Shown here piece by piece: positions 47,939-57,594 of a stretch of 64,000 nt of DNA. The notes below the pieces were generated by a model. That model was not told where the DNA came from. It searched no databases and saw nothing but the letters and a program-made list of their open reading frames with translations. This DNA is from Candidatus Latescibacterota bacterium (GTDB lineage Bacteria > Latescibacterota > UBA2968 > UBA8231), in NCBI GenBank assembly GCA_963422735.1, contig OY730476.1, positions 2,112,001-2,176,000 of the forward strand. The letters are read 5' to 3'. The number at the start of each line of letters is the position of its first letter. Position 1 is the first letter of the stretch. A program made the translations under genes and the position numbers.

Positions 47939-49822
47939 CTACCTAACTGTAAGTTCGATGACTCCACCGACTTCCACCGCGAAGTCTAGGATGACGGCGC
48001 GGTCTTCCACCGGCAATTCGAAGGTAGCGGATTTTTCCAAGCCCCGATCGTAAACCAAGGCTTGGAGGCAGTCGCCTTCGACACCTTCTAGACGGGTATA
48101 GAGGCGCTTTTGAGCACCACCGTTGAGAATCCACATCCGGCAAATATTCGTCGAGGGCACTGCGAGTACGCCGGGAAAGGTGGGGGTGAAGGCACCCCAA
48201 AGTGCTTCGTCGCCCAAGTGCAGGGAAAAGAGCGAGTGGTGCGAATCGGCACTGAGGATCTGATGGCGGCCGAAGAGCAACAGGTCGCGGTGCTGGCGAT
48301 AAAAGGCGAGCCAAGCGCGGACGATGCGCTGGTGCTCTGTGGGCAAAGCGCGCAGGTCCATCGAAAGCATGGGGACGGCACTCGCGACGAGGCTGGCCAT
48401 AAAGCGGCCGACGTTTTCTGGTCTTTCCTCGGGCAACCAGTAGGCCGGGTCGGTGTGTACGGCCACGTTGCCTGCACGGCCGGCTTCCGGGTTGAGGATA
48501 TAGCTTTTGAGCCGAGTACACATGCGGCGGATGTGGTCGGGGTCGAAGGGCGCATCTTGGGCGCGGTGGCTGGTGGCAAAGGGCCGGGTGGCGAGGGTTG
48601 AGTAGTTCATGCGGTATTCGAGCAAGGCGTCGGCGCGCACTTGCGTGGCGGCCTGGTAGATGCCACGAAGCAGGTCGTACACGGCTTCGCCGTAGTCGGC
48701 AATATCGTGCTCGTAGTCGGTGGTGCAGGGCAGGCTGGCGCGGTCTCGCAGCGGGTCAATGAAGTCGATCTTGAGGCCGTTGCAGCCGTAGGTCTGCATC
48801 AGGTGTTTGACCGTGCGATAGGCGTATTGGCGCACCGCAGGGCAACGGGGACAGAGGAAGTTGTCCGCTTCGTTGGAGTCTGCGGCCCGGAAGCGGTGCT
48901 TTTGTATGAAGGGAACGTCGGCCAGACCGCTGATATTGAACAGCGGTGCGCACCACAGCAGGATGGTCAAGCCTTTGGACTGAACCTCTTCGACGAGGCC
49001 CTTGAGGTCGGGGAATTTGCTTTCGTCGGGAATGTAGTGGCCGGTGTCGGAATCGAAGCCATCGCCTTTGAACCAGCCTGCATCGACGATGATATTGCCA
49101 ATGCCCCATTCTTTGAGCAGGGGCACCATAGAGCGGATATAGTCGGTATCGACATCGTTTTTGATGCCGTACCAAGAGCACCAGACCGGCTCCCATACCG
49201 AGGGCGGTGCTGGCGGCAGAGCGACTCTGTGCAGCTCGTCGTAGGCGCGCGAGAAGGCGCGCACCTCGTCGAAGATGGGACGGTCCTCGCAGGACAGATA
49301 GAGCGTCTCTTCCCAGACGCTAGTCTCGCGGGGAGCGGGATCGAAGAGGCGCTGCAAGGACATGTTGGCGTCTTCGTCGTAGCAGCTATGACGGGTCTCG
49401 GCCGCGTGGACGTGGTCCATAAAGCCCATGCAGAAGCGGTTCTGGTCAAAGCGGTTTAGCGCGGCGACTAAGGGGAAAGACCAAGAGGTGAAGGTGTGCT
49501 CCTCGACGCCCCAAGGCAGGCTGATCAGGTCGCGCTTGCCAATGGCCTCGTGTAGAACGGGCACGAAGACGCGGTGCAGGTCCAGGCTGGGTACTGCGGC
49601 TTCCGCTTTGAATGCGGAGACCTTGAATGGGCTGCCATCCACTCGGCGCAATTGCCATGTCAGCAGCAGGCTTTTGGGGCCGAGCGGCGTTTCGATGCAG
49701 GAGTACTCGTAGCGGTCATTTGCATAGATACCGGGAGCGTCGATTGGCCGATCATCCAACGCGGGGTCCGCCGCGAGGGTGACGGACAAAGGGATGCCGT
49801 TGAAGCGGGTAGTGTAGCGCAT
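47939..49822 (-). CDS. glycoside hydrolase family 36-like (alpha-galactosidase)
   Basis: WCSWY, VDAGW, KFPDL, LKIDF; start reset to MRYT. Confidence 0.75.
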   Translation of the reverse strand: MRYTTRFNGIPLSVTLAADPALDDRPIDAPGIYANDRYEYSCIETPLGPKSLLLTWQLRRVDGSPFKVSAFKAEAAVPSLDLHRVFVPVLHEAIGKRDLISLPWGVEEHTFTSWSFPLVAALNRFDQNRFCMGFMDHVHAAETRHSCYDEDANMSLQRLFDPAPRETSVWEETLYLSCEDRPIFDEVRAFSRAYDELHRVALPPAPPSVWEPVWCSWYGIKNDVDTDYIRSMVPLLKEWGIGNIIVDAGWFKGDGFDSDTGHYIPDESKFPDLKGLVEEVQSKGLTILLWCAPLFNISGLADVPFIQKHRFRAADSNEADNFLCPRCPAVRQYAYRTVKHLMQTYGCNGLKIDFIDPLRDRASLPCTTDYEHDIADYGEAVYDLLRGIYQAATQVRADALLEYRMNYSTLATRPFATSHRAQDAPFDPDHIRRMCTRLKSYILNPEAGRAGNVAVHTDPAYWLPEERPENVGRFMASLVASAVPMLSMDLRALPTEHQRIVRAWLAFYRQHRDLLLFGRHQILSADSHHSLFSLHLGDEALWGAFTPTFPGVLAVPSTNICRMWILNGGAQKRLYTRLEGVEGDCLQALVYDRGLEKSATFELPVEDRAVILDFAVEVGGVIELTVR

Positions 49823-49857
49823 AGAGGCCGCGATTTTGAGCGGAGTAGCGCGTACCT

Positions 49858-52065
49858 TCAGGGCGTCAGTTTGTAGTAGCGGTTGATCTGCGGAGCGGAT
49901 AGAGTGGTGACCTGCCCGCCGGGCCATTGCACTTCAACCGCTTCGACCCGCTCGCTGCGGCCCAAGCCAAAATGGCGGGTAGGCGAGCGCTGGGCGTCGA
50001 AGGATTCGCCGGTATAGACCCACTGCGTCTTCGTGCCTTGGGACGAGCGCAGAGCAATGCGGGCCCCGAGCGGGGAGACGCCGGTCGCGCCTTGGAGCCG
50101 CACGCCGAGCCAGTTGTTGTCACCAGGCCAGACATTGCGCAAGACGTGGACCTGCTCGCGGCGCGGAGTACCGGACCACTCGCTGACCAATAGGTCCACG
50201 CGACCGTCGGCGTCGATGTCCATGTCGAGCACGGTGCGTGCATCGAATTCAAAAGCCACGTCCATCAGATAGCCGATCTCGACAAAGGAACGGCCCCCTC
50301 CACTCAGGTAGAGCTTGTTGTGCTCGAAGCCATTCCACGAGATACCCGCACGGTGCCAGCCCGCAATCATCTCATCGAAAAATTCGGCTATCTGCGGGTC
50401 GGGTTCCGAGCCGCCGGTGTAGATGTCGTGCGTCCAGAAGGTGGTGCAGTAGTCTTGGGCGGTCTCGCCGCTGAGATGGCCGTTGGCCACGTAGATTTCG
50501 TCATCGCCATCGTTGTCAAAGTCCGCGGAGGCCACGCCCCAAGACCACCCGGTGCGCGCCACTTGCTCCATGCCCGGTGCGATGCTGAACTCGGCGTCCT
50601 TTTGCCCTAAGTAAAGTCGGTTGCCAAATCCCATGGCTCGGCGCTGCTCATGGTGCTCGGGATACTCCTCGCGTCCGAGACCAAGGTAGTCGAGGCGGCG
50701 CGCCGTGGTCGAACTCATGCCCACCACGTACATGTCGAGGCGACCGTCGGCGTTGTAGTCGCCAAAGACGTGGGACATGCCAAAGGTCGATGGCTCGCTG
50801 ACGGTGCGGGAGGTGACATCGGCAAAGGTGCCGGTGCCGTCGTTGTAGTACAGATCGATGCCAGCAAAGTCGCTGACGACCAAGAGGTCGAGATCGTCGT
50901 CGCCGTCGAGATCGGCCAAGGAGCCGCTATACGTGCGCCGCTTGCGCTTGGTTTCGAGGCCCGCTTGGGCGGTGATGTCGGTGAAGCGTCCGTTGCCGTC
51001 GTTGCTCAGCAGGTACGCGGGATAGCCGTCGTTGGCGTCGTAGTACGGCGTGGGCATCTGGCCCTCGCGATAGGGCAGCCGGTACTGGCCAACCCACAGA
51101 TCGAGGTCGCCGTCGCCGTCTATGTCGCCCGCGCTCATGGCTTCGGGGTATTGCAGGGGGCGAGTCGCAATGGCCAAGCCGGGTTGGTCGAAGCCATTGC
51201 CGCCCTCGTAGAGGCCCAGCAATTGCCCGGGCCCACCGACTATTAAGTCGGGCGCACCATCGCCGGTGAAGTCGGCCAAGAGCGCCACTTCGACGCGTCC
51301 GCCCGGAGGTGGATGCGCCAAAAGCGGCTCAGGCGCAAAGCGTCCGCCCTGGTTGCGGTAGAGCAGGTTGGTGCCCAGCGCGAGCAAGTCGTCGAGACCG
51401 TCGCCGTCGAGGTCGGCGGCGATGAGGGGCGAAAGCGCGGTATCATCCGCCAAGACGGCCGAAGAGACAAAAGCAGGCGCGCCGCGGCGTTCGGTCAGCG
51501 TCAGATTCGAGGCGTCGATGGTGGCGGGGATATGGCGCCCGGCCTCGTCTTGCTGCTCGCTCCAAGTGACGGATAGGTCGCCGCTGACGATTAGACGCCT
51601 AGCGCGGTTTTTGACGTGCAGTTTCAATTCTATTAAAGAGCGGGCCGGCCCGTCCTCTGCCGGAGTGAATTGCTTGTGGTGCCATTCGGATTGTTCGAGA
51701 ACGAGGCCCTCATCTTCCCATTGTTCGAGCAAGGCCGACCACTGTCCATGATCGAGCGTGCGCGGCGGGCCGCCATAGTGCGTTTCGACGATGTCCCAGT
51801 CGTGCTCGACGCTATCCTGCGGGGTGCCGAGCAGCAGTTGGTCAAAGGAAAAAGCAGCCAGCACCAGCCGCGCATCTTGGGCGGCGCGCAGTTGGTCCCA
51901 TAAGGCGACAAAGACGGCTTCGTACTGCTGGGCACGACGCTCGTCGGACCAGACCGTGCGGTCCAGTTCGAGCCGCTGTTGGCGGATGGCAGCAGCACCC
52001 TGTGCCCCGGTGTGGTGCGGTGCCGCCAGCGAGAGGAAGGCGAGTGTCGAGAGCAGTTTCAGCAT
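49858..52065 (-). CDS. CRTAC1 family FG-GAP/ASPIC-UnbV protein with an extra N-terminal domain
   Basis: Signal peptide, DxDGDG repeats, GWSWG, C-terminal HFGLG...VQWPGG. Confidence 0.85.
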   Translation of the reverse strand: MLKLLSTLAFLSLAAPHHTGAQGAAAIRQQRLELDRTVWSDERRAQQYEAVFVALWDQLRAAQDARLVLAAFSFDQLLLGTPQDSVEHDWDIVETHYGGPPRTLDHGQWSALLEQWEDEGLVLEQSEWHHKQFTPAEDGPARSLIELKLHVKNRARRLIVSGDLSVTWSEQQDEAGRHIPATIDASNLTLTERRGAPAFVSSAVLADDTALSPLIAADLDGDGLDDLLALGTNLLYRNQGGRFAPEPLLAHPPPGGRVEVALLADFTGDGAPDLIVGGPGQLLGLYEGGNGFDQPGLAIATRPLQYPEAMSAGDIDGDGDLDLWVGQYRLPYREGQMPTPYYDANDGYPAYLLSNDGNGRFTDITAQAGLETKRKRRTYSGSLADLDGDDDLDLLVVSDFAGIDLYYNDGTGTFADVTSRTVSEPSTFGMSHVFGDYNADGRLDMYVVGMSSTTARRLDYLGLGREEYPEHHEQRRAMGFGNRLYLGQKDAEFSIAPGMEQVARTGWSWGVASADFDNDGDDEIYVANGHLSGETAQDYCTTFWTHDIYTGGSEPDPQIAEFFDEMIAGWHRAGISWNGFEHNKLYLSGGGRSFVEIGYLMDVAFEFDARTVLDMDIDADGRVDLLVSEWSGTPRREQVHVLRNVWPGDNNWLGVRLQGATGVSPLGARIALRSSQGTKTQWVYTGESFDAQRSPTRHFGLGRSERVEAVEVQWPGGQVTTLSAPQINRYYKLTP

Positions 52066-52172
52066 AATGTGGAACGATCACAGAGGATATGGTGAGGATA
52101 GGCAGACAGTATAGGCAACGCCGTTTTTTTTATCAAAGCGAGCGCTTGTCGCCCGAGGAAGCAGTTATAGTC

Positions 52173-53408
52173 CTATTCCTCCGGCGGCCGATAGCCCACC
52201 CCGGCATAAGCGGGGGCCTGGGGTCGGTAGTGCTCGTCGAATTGCGGGTCGGGGGCTTGGAGCACATTGCGCTCCGGATCTAGGGTGCCGCGCAGGTCGT
52301 CTATTTGGCCGTGGACAAAGCAGCCGCTGAAGTGGCGGCTGTCGAGTAAATCGACTTCGTAGCGGCTGCCGGGGGCGATGCCGCCACCGCGCACGTTCAT
52401 CCAGAAAATGGTATTGCGGTACGCGCTGCCCCTGCCCTTGTCGTCAACGCCGTTCCAGTTGTCCGTGAAGGTGCAGTCTCGCACTTCGACGCGCCCCCCG
52501 GGAAAGACCGTCAACGCACCAGAACCGTGCGTTTTGTTGTATTCGCCGCCGCCACCGCGGCCTACGTAGTCGGGACCGAGATTAGCGACATTGCCGACGA
52601 AGAGGCAGTTGCCGATCACAGCCGCGCTGCCGGGCAGCACATCGACAGCCGCGCCGGTGATTTGGCAGCTATTGTTGCGAAAGACGGAGTTTTTGATCAG
52701 CACGGCCTCGGCGTCGAACCCCCGATGCTCAATGGAGATGCCGCCGCCGCAAGGGCTGGCGTAGTTGTCGTGGATTGCTAGCTCTTCGAGGGTTGGATAA
52801 GAACGGCCAAATACCTTGACGCCGCCGCCGTCGGAGTAGAAGAACAGCCCCTTTTCCCAGCGCACACCGTTGGAGGAATCCGGTTGAATTGGCTCAGGGC
52901 CTTCGCTGCGGCTGGCAAAGTTGTTGGCACCGGTGATGGTGAAACCGCGCAGGACGGTGCGCCGGGAGATGCCATCGCCAAAAAAGACCACGTGGTTGAC
53001 AATGGCCGGGTAACTCGTCGCGTTGGGGTCGGCTCGCTCGGCATGGGCGGCCGTCAATACCACGCGCCCCACCGCTTCGAGCACGATGCCATCGTGGCGG
53101 GCCGCGAAGAAGAGCATCGCTTGGCCAGCCTGCTGCGGCCGATAGGTCCCCGCGTGTACCTTGACGGTCTTGTGGATTGAGTCGCGGGCGGCCGCTTCGA
53201 GGACCGCTTGGATGCTGTCGCCCGGATAGACGTGGTACGCAGCGTCCGCTTGGGGTTGTGGGGGCGGGGGATCGCAGCCTATAGCAAAGAGAAAAGACGC
53301 GAAAAAACGGGCGGCCGAGCGGCCAAAAAACGCCAAGTACCGGTCTCTCGGCCCCTTCGGGACATAAGTCAATAGGAGTACAGCGGGCATTTCGATAATC
53401 ATAACCAC
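52173..53408 (-). CDS. right-handed parallel beta-helix protein, possible lipoprotein
   Basis: SIQAVL, VHAGTY, LRGFTITG, GGGI, NCLFVGN; AIGC lipobox-like; start uncertain. Confidence 0.7.
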   Translation of the reverse strand: MVMIIEMPAVLLLTYVPKGPRDRYLAFFGRSAARFFASFLFAIGCDPPPPQPQADAAYHVYPGDSIQAVLEAAARDSIHKTVKVHAGTYRPQQAGQAMLFFAARHDGIVLEAVGRVVLTAAHAERADPNATSYPAIVNHVVFFGDGISRRTVLRGFTITGANNFASRSEGPEPIQPDSSNGVRWEKGLFFYSDGGGVKVFGRSYPTLEELAIHDNYASPCGGGISIEHRGFDAEAVLIKNSVFRNNSCQITGAAVDVLPGSAAVIGNCLFVGNVANLGPDYVGRGGGGEYNKTHGSGALTVFPGGRVEVRDCTFTDNWNGVDDKGRGSAYRNTIFWMNVRGGGIAPGSRYEVDLLDSRHFSGCFVHGQIDDLRGTLDPERNVLQAPDPQFDEHYRPQAPAYAGVGYRPPEE

Positions 53409-53542
53409 AATTATATTAAATTTTTTACAGATATTACTTTATTATAAAACGTGAGTTCGGTTTAAGCGGCCTCTCCATCGATTTTTTCGGTTGGTGGCCA
53501 TAGGCAATTAATCCGCCGATGAGATGGACCATAGATGGGCGC

Positions 53543-53586
53543 GTCTGCTTCACCCGGCCTTTAGGCAGGACCGTCGCGGTGAAGCC
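53543..53586. repeat. 44-bp palindromic repeat, copy 1
   Basis: GTCTGCTTCACCCGGCCTTTAGGCAGGACCGTCGCGGTGAAGCC; 42/44 identical to 61633-61676. Confidence 0.85.
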
Positions 53587-53619
53587 TTGTGGGTTCAATC
53601 TGGGCGATATTGCGGACTA

Positions 53620-53922
53620 ACCGAGGAATCCTTTGCCGACCAGTTGAAGAAAAACACTGCGGTCAAGGGGTACGCCAAGCTGCCGAGATGGTTCACGGTG
53701 CCGACGCCGCTTGGAAGCTATAACCCGGACTGGGCCGTGGATGGCGAACGGCTGTACTTTGTGGTCGAAACGAAGTCCAGTCTATTCTCCAGCGATCTCC
53801 GCAATGCCGAAAGCGCTCAGATTGAATGCGGCAAGGCGCACTTCGCCGCGCTCAAAGTGAGCAAATCACCGGCGGAGTACCGAACTGCTCGTTCCATAGA
53901 CGACGTATTGACTAGTAGTTAA
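53620..53922 (+). pseudogene. 3' fragment of a type III restriction enzyme Res subunit
   Basis: YAKLPRWFTVPTPLGSYNPDWAV...YFVVETK...IECGKAHF nuclease domain; helicase part and mod gene absent. Confidence 0.75.
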
Positions 53923-53957
53923 GTCTGTTGTCCCTTCCCATTCACAAGGAACCCACC

Positions 53958-55448
53958 ATGACCGACCACCCCAACATCCTCGTAATAATGACCGACCAAC
54001 AGCGCGCCACTGCTAGCCACCTCTACGGCAACACCTTTTGCCAAACCCCTTCAATGGAACGCCTAGCCGCCGACGGGGTGCTTTTTGAAAACGCAATCAG
54101 CCCTCACCCGCTCTGCGTACCGGCGCGCATCTCGTTTTGGACCTCGCAGTTTCCCCACTCGCACGGGGGCCGGCGCAATCAGACCTTGATGCCGGTCGGT
54201 GCCACGCACGCCTGGCCGATCTGGAAGGAGGCTGGTTACGCTACGGGACTGATCGGCAAAAACCACTGCTTCCAGCGGGAGGAAGATTTGGCACTCTTCG
54301 ACGTGTGGAACGCCTTTACCCACGGCGGGCGAGACGAGGGACCACAGACGCGAGGCATGGACTGGTTCCGGCCGGAAGAAGGTCGCCGCAAGGTCGCCGC
54401 CGAGCATCGCCAACTCGCCCACCAGAATCCCCGCTTTAGCTACAGCACCTCCGAGCTGCCGTTAGAGGACCACTCCACCGGGCTGATTGCCGGGCAGGCA
54501 ACGCGCTTTCTCGAAAAGTACCAAGACCAGCCCTTTGCCCTGTGGGTTTCCTTTCCCGATCCACACGAGCCGTGGCTGTGCCCGGCCGAGTACGCGACCC
54601 TGTTTCCACCCACGGCCATTGACCTGCCCACCTGGCGCGACGACGAATTCGACGACGAGCGCGCTCCCGAGCGCAATCGGGTGCTTTACCAAATGCTGGG
54701 GGTGCGCCGCGATCCGCCCGAGGATCTCTACGGCGTCATGGCCTCGTACTTTGGTATGGTGCGCTTTATCGACGACGCGCTCGGCCAGATACTCGACAAA
54801 CTCGACGAACTGGGGCTGCGGGAGCAGACGATTGTGGTCTTTTGTTCGGATCACGGCGACTTCATGGGCGAACACGCCATGCAGTGCAAGGGCGGGGTCT
54901 TCTACGACAGCCTGACGCGGGTGCCGCTGATCGTCTCTTGGCCCGGGCAGGTCGCCGCTGGAGTGCGCGACCAGAGCATGGCCAATCTGATCGACGTGGT
55001 GCCGACGCTGCTGCACTTGCAGGGGCTGGAGCCGCCGCGCTCAATGCAAGGAGCACCGCTGCCCACTGTGACCGAAACTGCGCCCCGGGACGAGACCTTT
55101 TCCGAATACGGCAGCGGAGGGCCACTTTTTACCATGGCCGACTTGAAAAAGTTGCCTCAGCCCTATGGCCGCAAGACCCTGATCGACACCTTGCAGTGGC
55201 GCGAGGCAGCCGGCCGGTGCAAGATGGTCCGCACCCGCCAGTGGAAGTACGTCCACGACCCTATGGGAGACCGCGACGAACTCTACGACCTCGTCGCCGA
55301 TCCAGGCGAGTTGGTCAATGTGGTTGACGAAGAGCAACACCGCGACGCCCTCGCAGACATGCGCCTGCGGCTAGCCGATTGGAGCATCAATACCGAGGAC
55401 GGCCGGCCAGTGCCCCTGCCCGATCGCACCCACTACGAGCTGGCCTAA
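53958..55448 (+). CDS. sulfatase (formylglycine-dependent family)
   Basis: PNILVIMTDQQR, CVPAR (CxPxR), GKNH, SDHG, ELYDL..DP.E. Confidence 0.9.
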   Translation: MTDHPNILVIMTDQQRATASHLYGNTFCQTPSMERLAADGVLFENAISPHPLCVPARISFWTSQFPHSHGGRRNQTLMPVGATHAWPIWKEAGYATGLIGKNHCFQREEDLALFDVWNAFTHGGRDEGPQTRGMDWFRPEEGRRKVAAEHRQLAHQNPRFSYSTSELPLEDHSTGLIAGQATRFLEKYQDQPFALWVSFPDPHEPWLCPAEYATLFPPTAIDLPTWRDDEFDDERAPERNRVLYQMLGVRRDPPEDLYGVMASYFGMVRFIDDALGQILDKLDELGLREQTIVVFCSDHGDFMGEHAMQCKGGVFYDSLTRVPLIVSWPGQVAAGVRDQSMANLIDVVPTLLHLQGLEPPRSMQGAPLPTVTETAPRDETFSEYGSGGPLFTMADLKKLPQPYGRKTLIDTLQWREAAGRCKMVRTRQWKYVHDPMGDRDELYDLVADPGELVNVVDEEQHRDALADMRLRLADWSINTEDGRPVPLPDRTHYELA

Positions 55449-55454
55449 CGGCTC

Positions 55455-55483
55455 TTGCACAATCGACGCTCGGCCGATATTTT
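55455..55483 (+). promoter_or_regulatory. candidate sigma70 promoter for the thrS leader
   Basis: TTGCAC-17 bp-TATTTT, 20 bp before the leader ATG. Confidence 0.4.
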
Positions 55484-55502
55484 ATAAAGCATGATTCCTG
55501 CT

Positions 55503-55598
55503 ATGCTTACAGTCGCATCCGCACAGTGCCTCAGCGGTTTTCCGTCGGGGCCGACCCCTACCACTGCTACTACTACTACGACCCTGTGCGACGGATAG
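55503..55598 (+). CDS. Thr-rich leader peptide of thrS (31 aa)
   Basis: MLTVASAQCLSGFPSGPTPTTATTTTTLCDG*; 9 Thr, 8 of them in codons 18-27. Confidence 0.8.
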   Translation: MLTVASAQCLSGFPSGPTPTTATTTTTLCDG

Positions 55599-55628
55599 CG
55601 ACGGACTAAAATTTATTTTGCAATCACT

Positions 55629-55662
55629 CCCCGCTGTCGGCTACGATGACAGCGGGGTTTTT
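55629..55662 (+). terminator. attenuator terminator upstream of thrS
   Basis: CCCCGCTGTC / GACAGCGGGG 10-bp stem, 9-nt loop, TTTTT. Confidence 0.85.
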
Positions 55663-55680
55663 CATGCCAAGGAGCACGTC

Positions 55681-57591
55681 ATGCTGATCAAGATCCCCCA
55701 AAGACAAGCCATCGAATACCCCGACGAGGGTTCGCTCAAAGAGATCCTCATCCAAGAGGACAAAGCGCTATTAAAGCAATACATTGCCGCCCGCGCCGGC
55801 GACGAGCGCATCGACTTCCACACCCGGCTCGGCAGCGAGGCGGAAGTTGAGCTTATTCCCTGGGATGCGGACGAGGCCGCTTGGATCTACCGCCACAGCA
55901 TGTCGCACGTGTTGGCGCAGGCCGTGCTGCGCCTCTTCCCGGCCGCGCAGCTAGCGATCGGCCCAGCCATTGACGACGGCTTTTACTACGACTTCGACGT
56001 CGCCGAGCCTTTTACGCCCGAAGACTTGCAGAAGATCGAGCGGGAGATGAAGCGGGTCATCAAGCAAAACCACAAGTTTGAGCGGATCGATGTTGCGCGC
56101 CAAGAAGCGGAAGAGATGGTCGCCAACGCCCCTTACAAACAGGAGATCCTCGCCGACTTGGAAGAGAGCCAGACCTTGTCCTTTTACAAAGACGGCGAGT
56201 TCATCGACTTGTGCCGGGGGCCGCACATGCTCGGCACCGGGCAAATCAGGCACTTCAAGCTCTTGAGCGTAGCTGGGGCCTACTGGCGCGGCGACGAGAG
56301 CCGCAAGATGTTGCAGCGGATATACGGTACGGCCTTTGCCACCCGCGAGGGGCTCGACCACCATCTGGCCATGCTGGAGGAGGCTAAAAAGCGCGACCAC
56401 CGCGCGCTGGGCAAGCAACTAGAGTTGTTCACCTTTGACGACGAAGTGGGGCCGGGGTTGCCCCTGTGGCTTCCCAAGGGGGCGGTACTCATCGACGAGT
56501 TGGAGGACTTGGCCCGCAAGACCGAGCGCGAGGCCGGCTATCGGCGGGTGCGCACACCGCATATCTGCAAGGAGTCCATGTATCTGCGCAGCGGCCACTT
56601 GCCGTACTATGCCGAGTCCATGTTCCCGCCCATGGAGTTGGAGGGGGTCAAGTACTATCTCAAGCCTATGAACTGCCCCCACCACCACAAAATTTTCGCC
56701 GCCGCCTCGCGCTCGTACCGCGACCTGCCCCTGCGTCTGGCCGAGTATGGCACGTGCTATCGCTACGAGCAGTCGGGCGAGTTATTTGGCTTGATGCGGG
56801 TGCGCTCATTGCAGATGAACGACGCGCATATCTACTGTACCCTCGACCAGTTTGAGGGCGAATTCCTCGCCGTCTGCCAGATGTATCTGCGCTATTTCGA
56901 ACTGTTCGGCTTGGAGAATTACCTGATGCGCTTGAGCACCCACGCGCCATCGGGCTTGGGGGCAAAATACGTTGATGACCGCGAGAGGTGGCTCCGCACC
57001 GAGGACATGGTGCGCGGCGCGATGGCAAAGGGGGGAATCAACTACGAGGAGGTACCCGACGAGGCGGCCTTCTACGGCCCCAAGATCGACGTCGAGGTTT
57101 GGAGTGCCATCGGGCGGCAGTTTACGATCGCCACCAATCAAGTCGATTTCGCCCAGCCCGGCCGCTTCGGCTTGTCGTACACCAACGCGGCGGGTGAAGA
57201 GGAGACGCCTATCTGCATCCACCGCGCACCACTGGGCACGCACGAGCGCTTTATCGGCTTCTTGATCGAACACTACGCCGGCGCGTTCCCAGTGTGGTTG
57301 GCACCGGTGCAAGCGGTAGTGCTGCCCATTGCCGAGCGCCACGCCGAGTATGGGGGGCAGCTCCATCAGCAGTTTCTCGCCGCTGGAATCCGGGCCGAAC
57401 TCGACGCGGCCAGCGAGACCCTCAACAAGCGCATCCGCCAAGCGCAGACTCAGAAGGTGCCCTATATGCTGATCGCCGGGGACCGCGAAGTTGAAGAGGG
57501 CAAGGTGGCGATCCGGCAGCGATCCGGCAAACAGATCGACCCGCTCCCGGTAGCCGAGGCCGTCGCGCTGATCGACGCTGAGATTCGATAG
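55681..57591 (+). CDS. thrS: threonine--tRNA ligase
   Basis: RHSMSH, DLCRGPH, GAYWRG, KPMNCP, AFYGPKID, HRA; AAGGAG RBS before ATG 55681. Confidence 0.97.
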   Translation: MLIKIPQRQAIEYPDEGSLKEILIQEDKALLKQYIAARAGDERIDFHTRLGSEAEVELIPWDADEAAWIYRHSMSHVLAQAVLRLFPAAQLAIGPAIDDGFYYDFDVAEPFTPEDLQKIEREMKRVIKQNHKFERIDVARQEAEEMVANAPYKQEILADLEESQTLSFYKDGEFIDLCRGPHMLGTGQIRHFKLLSVAGAYWRGDESRKMLQRIYGTAFATREGLDHHLAMLEEAKKRDHRALGKQLELFTFDDEVGPGLPLWLPKGAVLIDELEDLARKTEREAGYRRVRTPHICKESMYLRSGHLPYYAESMFPPMELEGVKYYLKPMNCPHHHKIFAAASRSYRDLPLRLAEYGTCYRYEQSGELFGLMRVRSLQMNDAHIYCTLDQFEGEFLAVCQMYLRYFELFGLENYLMRLSTHAPSGLGAKYVDDRERWLRTEDMVRGAMAKGGINYEEVPDEAAFYGPKIDVEVWSAIGRQFTIATNQVDFAQPGRFGLSYTNAAGEEETPICIHRAPLGTHERFIGFLIEHYAGAFPVWLAPVQAVVLPIAERHAEYGGQLHQQFLAAGIRAELDAASETLNKRIRQAQTQKVPYMLIAGDREVEEGKVAIRQRSGKQIDPLPVAEAVALIDAEIR

Positions 57592-57594
57592 GCT

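Noticed and set aside
7588-49927. Apparent N-terminal extensions or fusions in ORFs 7588, 13229, 12099-13058, 33987-35072, 40200-41813 and 47939-49927
   Set aside because: Longest-ORF artefacts overlapping neighbours; internal starts, mostly with an RBS, match the family N-termini.
55379-55609. 76-aa ORF with a YYYY run (TACTACTAC microsatellite)
   Set aside because: It overlaps the sulfatase end; the same bases read as Thr codons in the leader frame, which matches the downstream gene.
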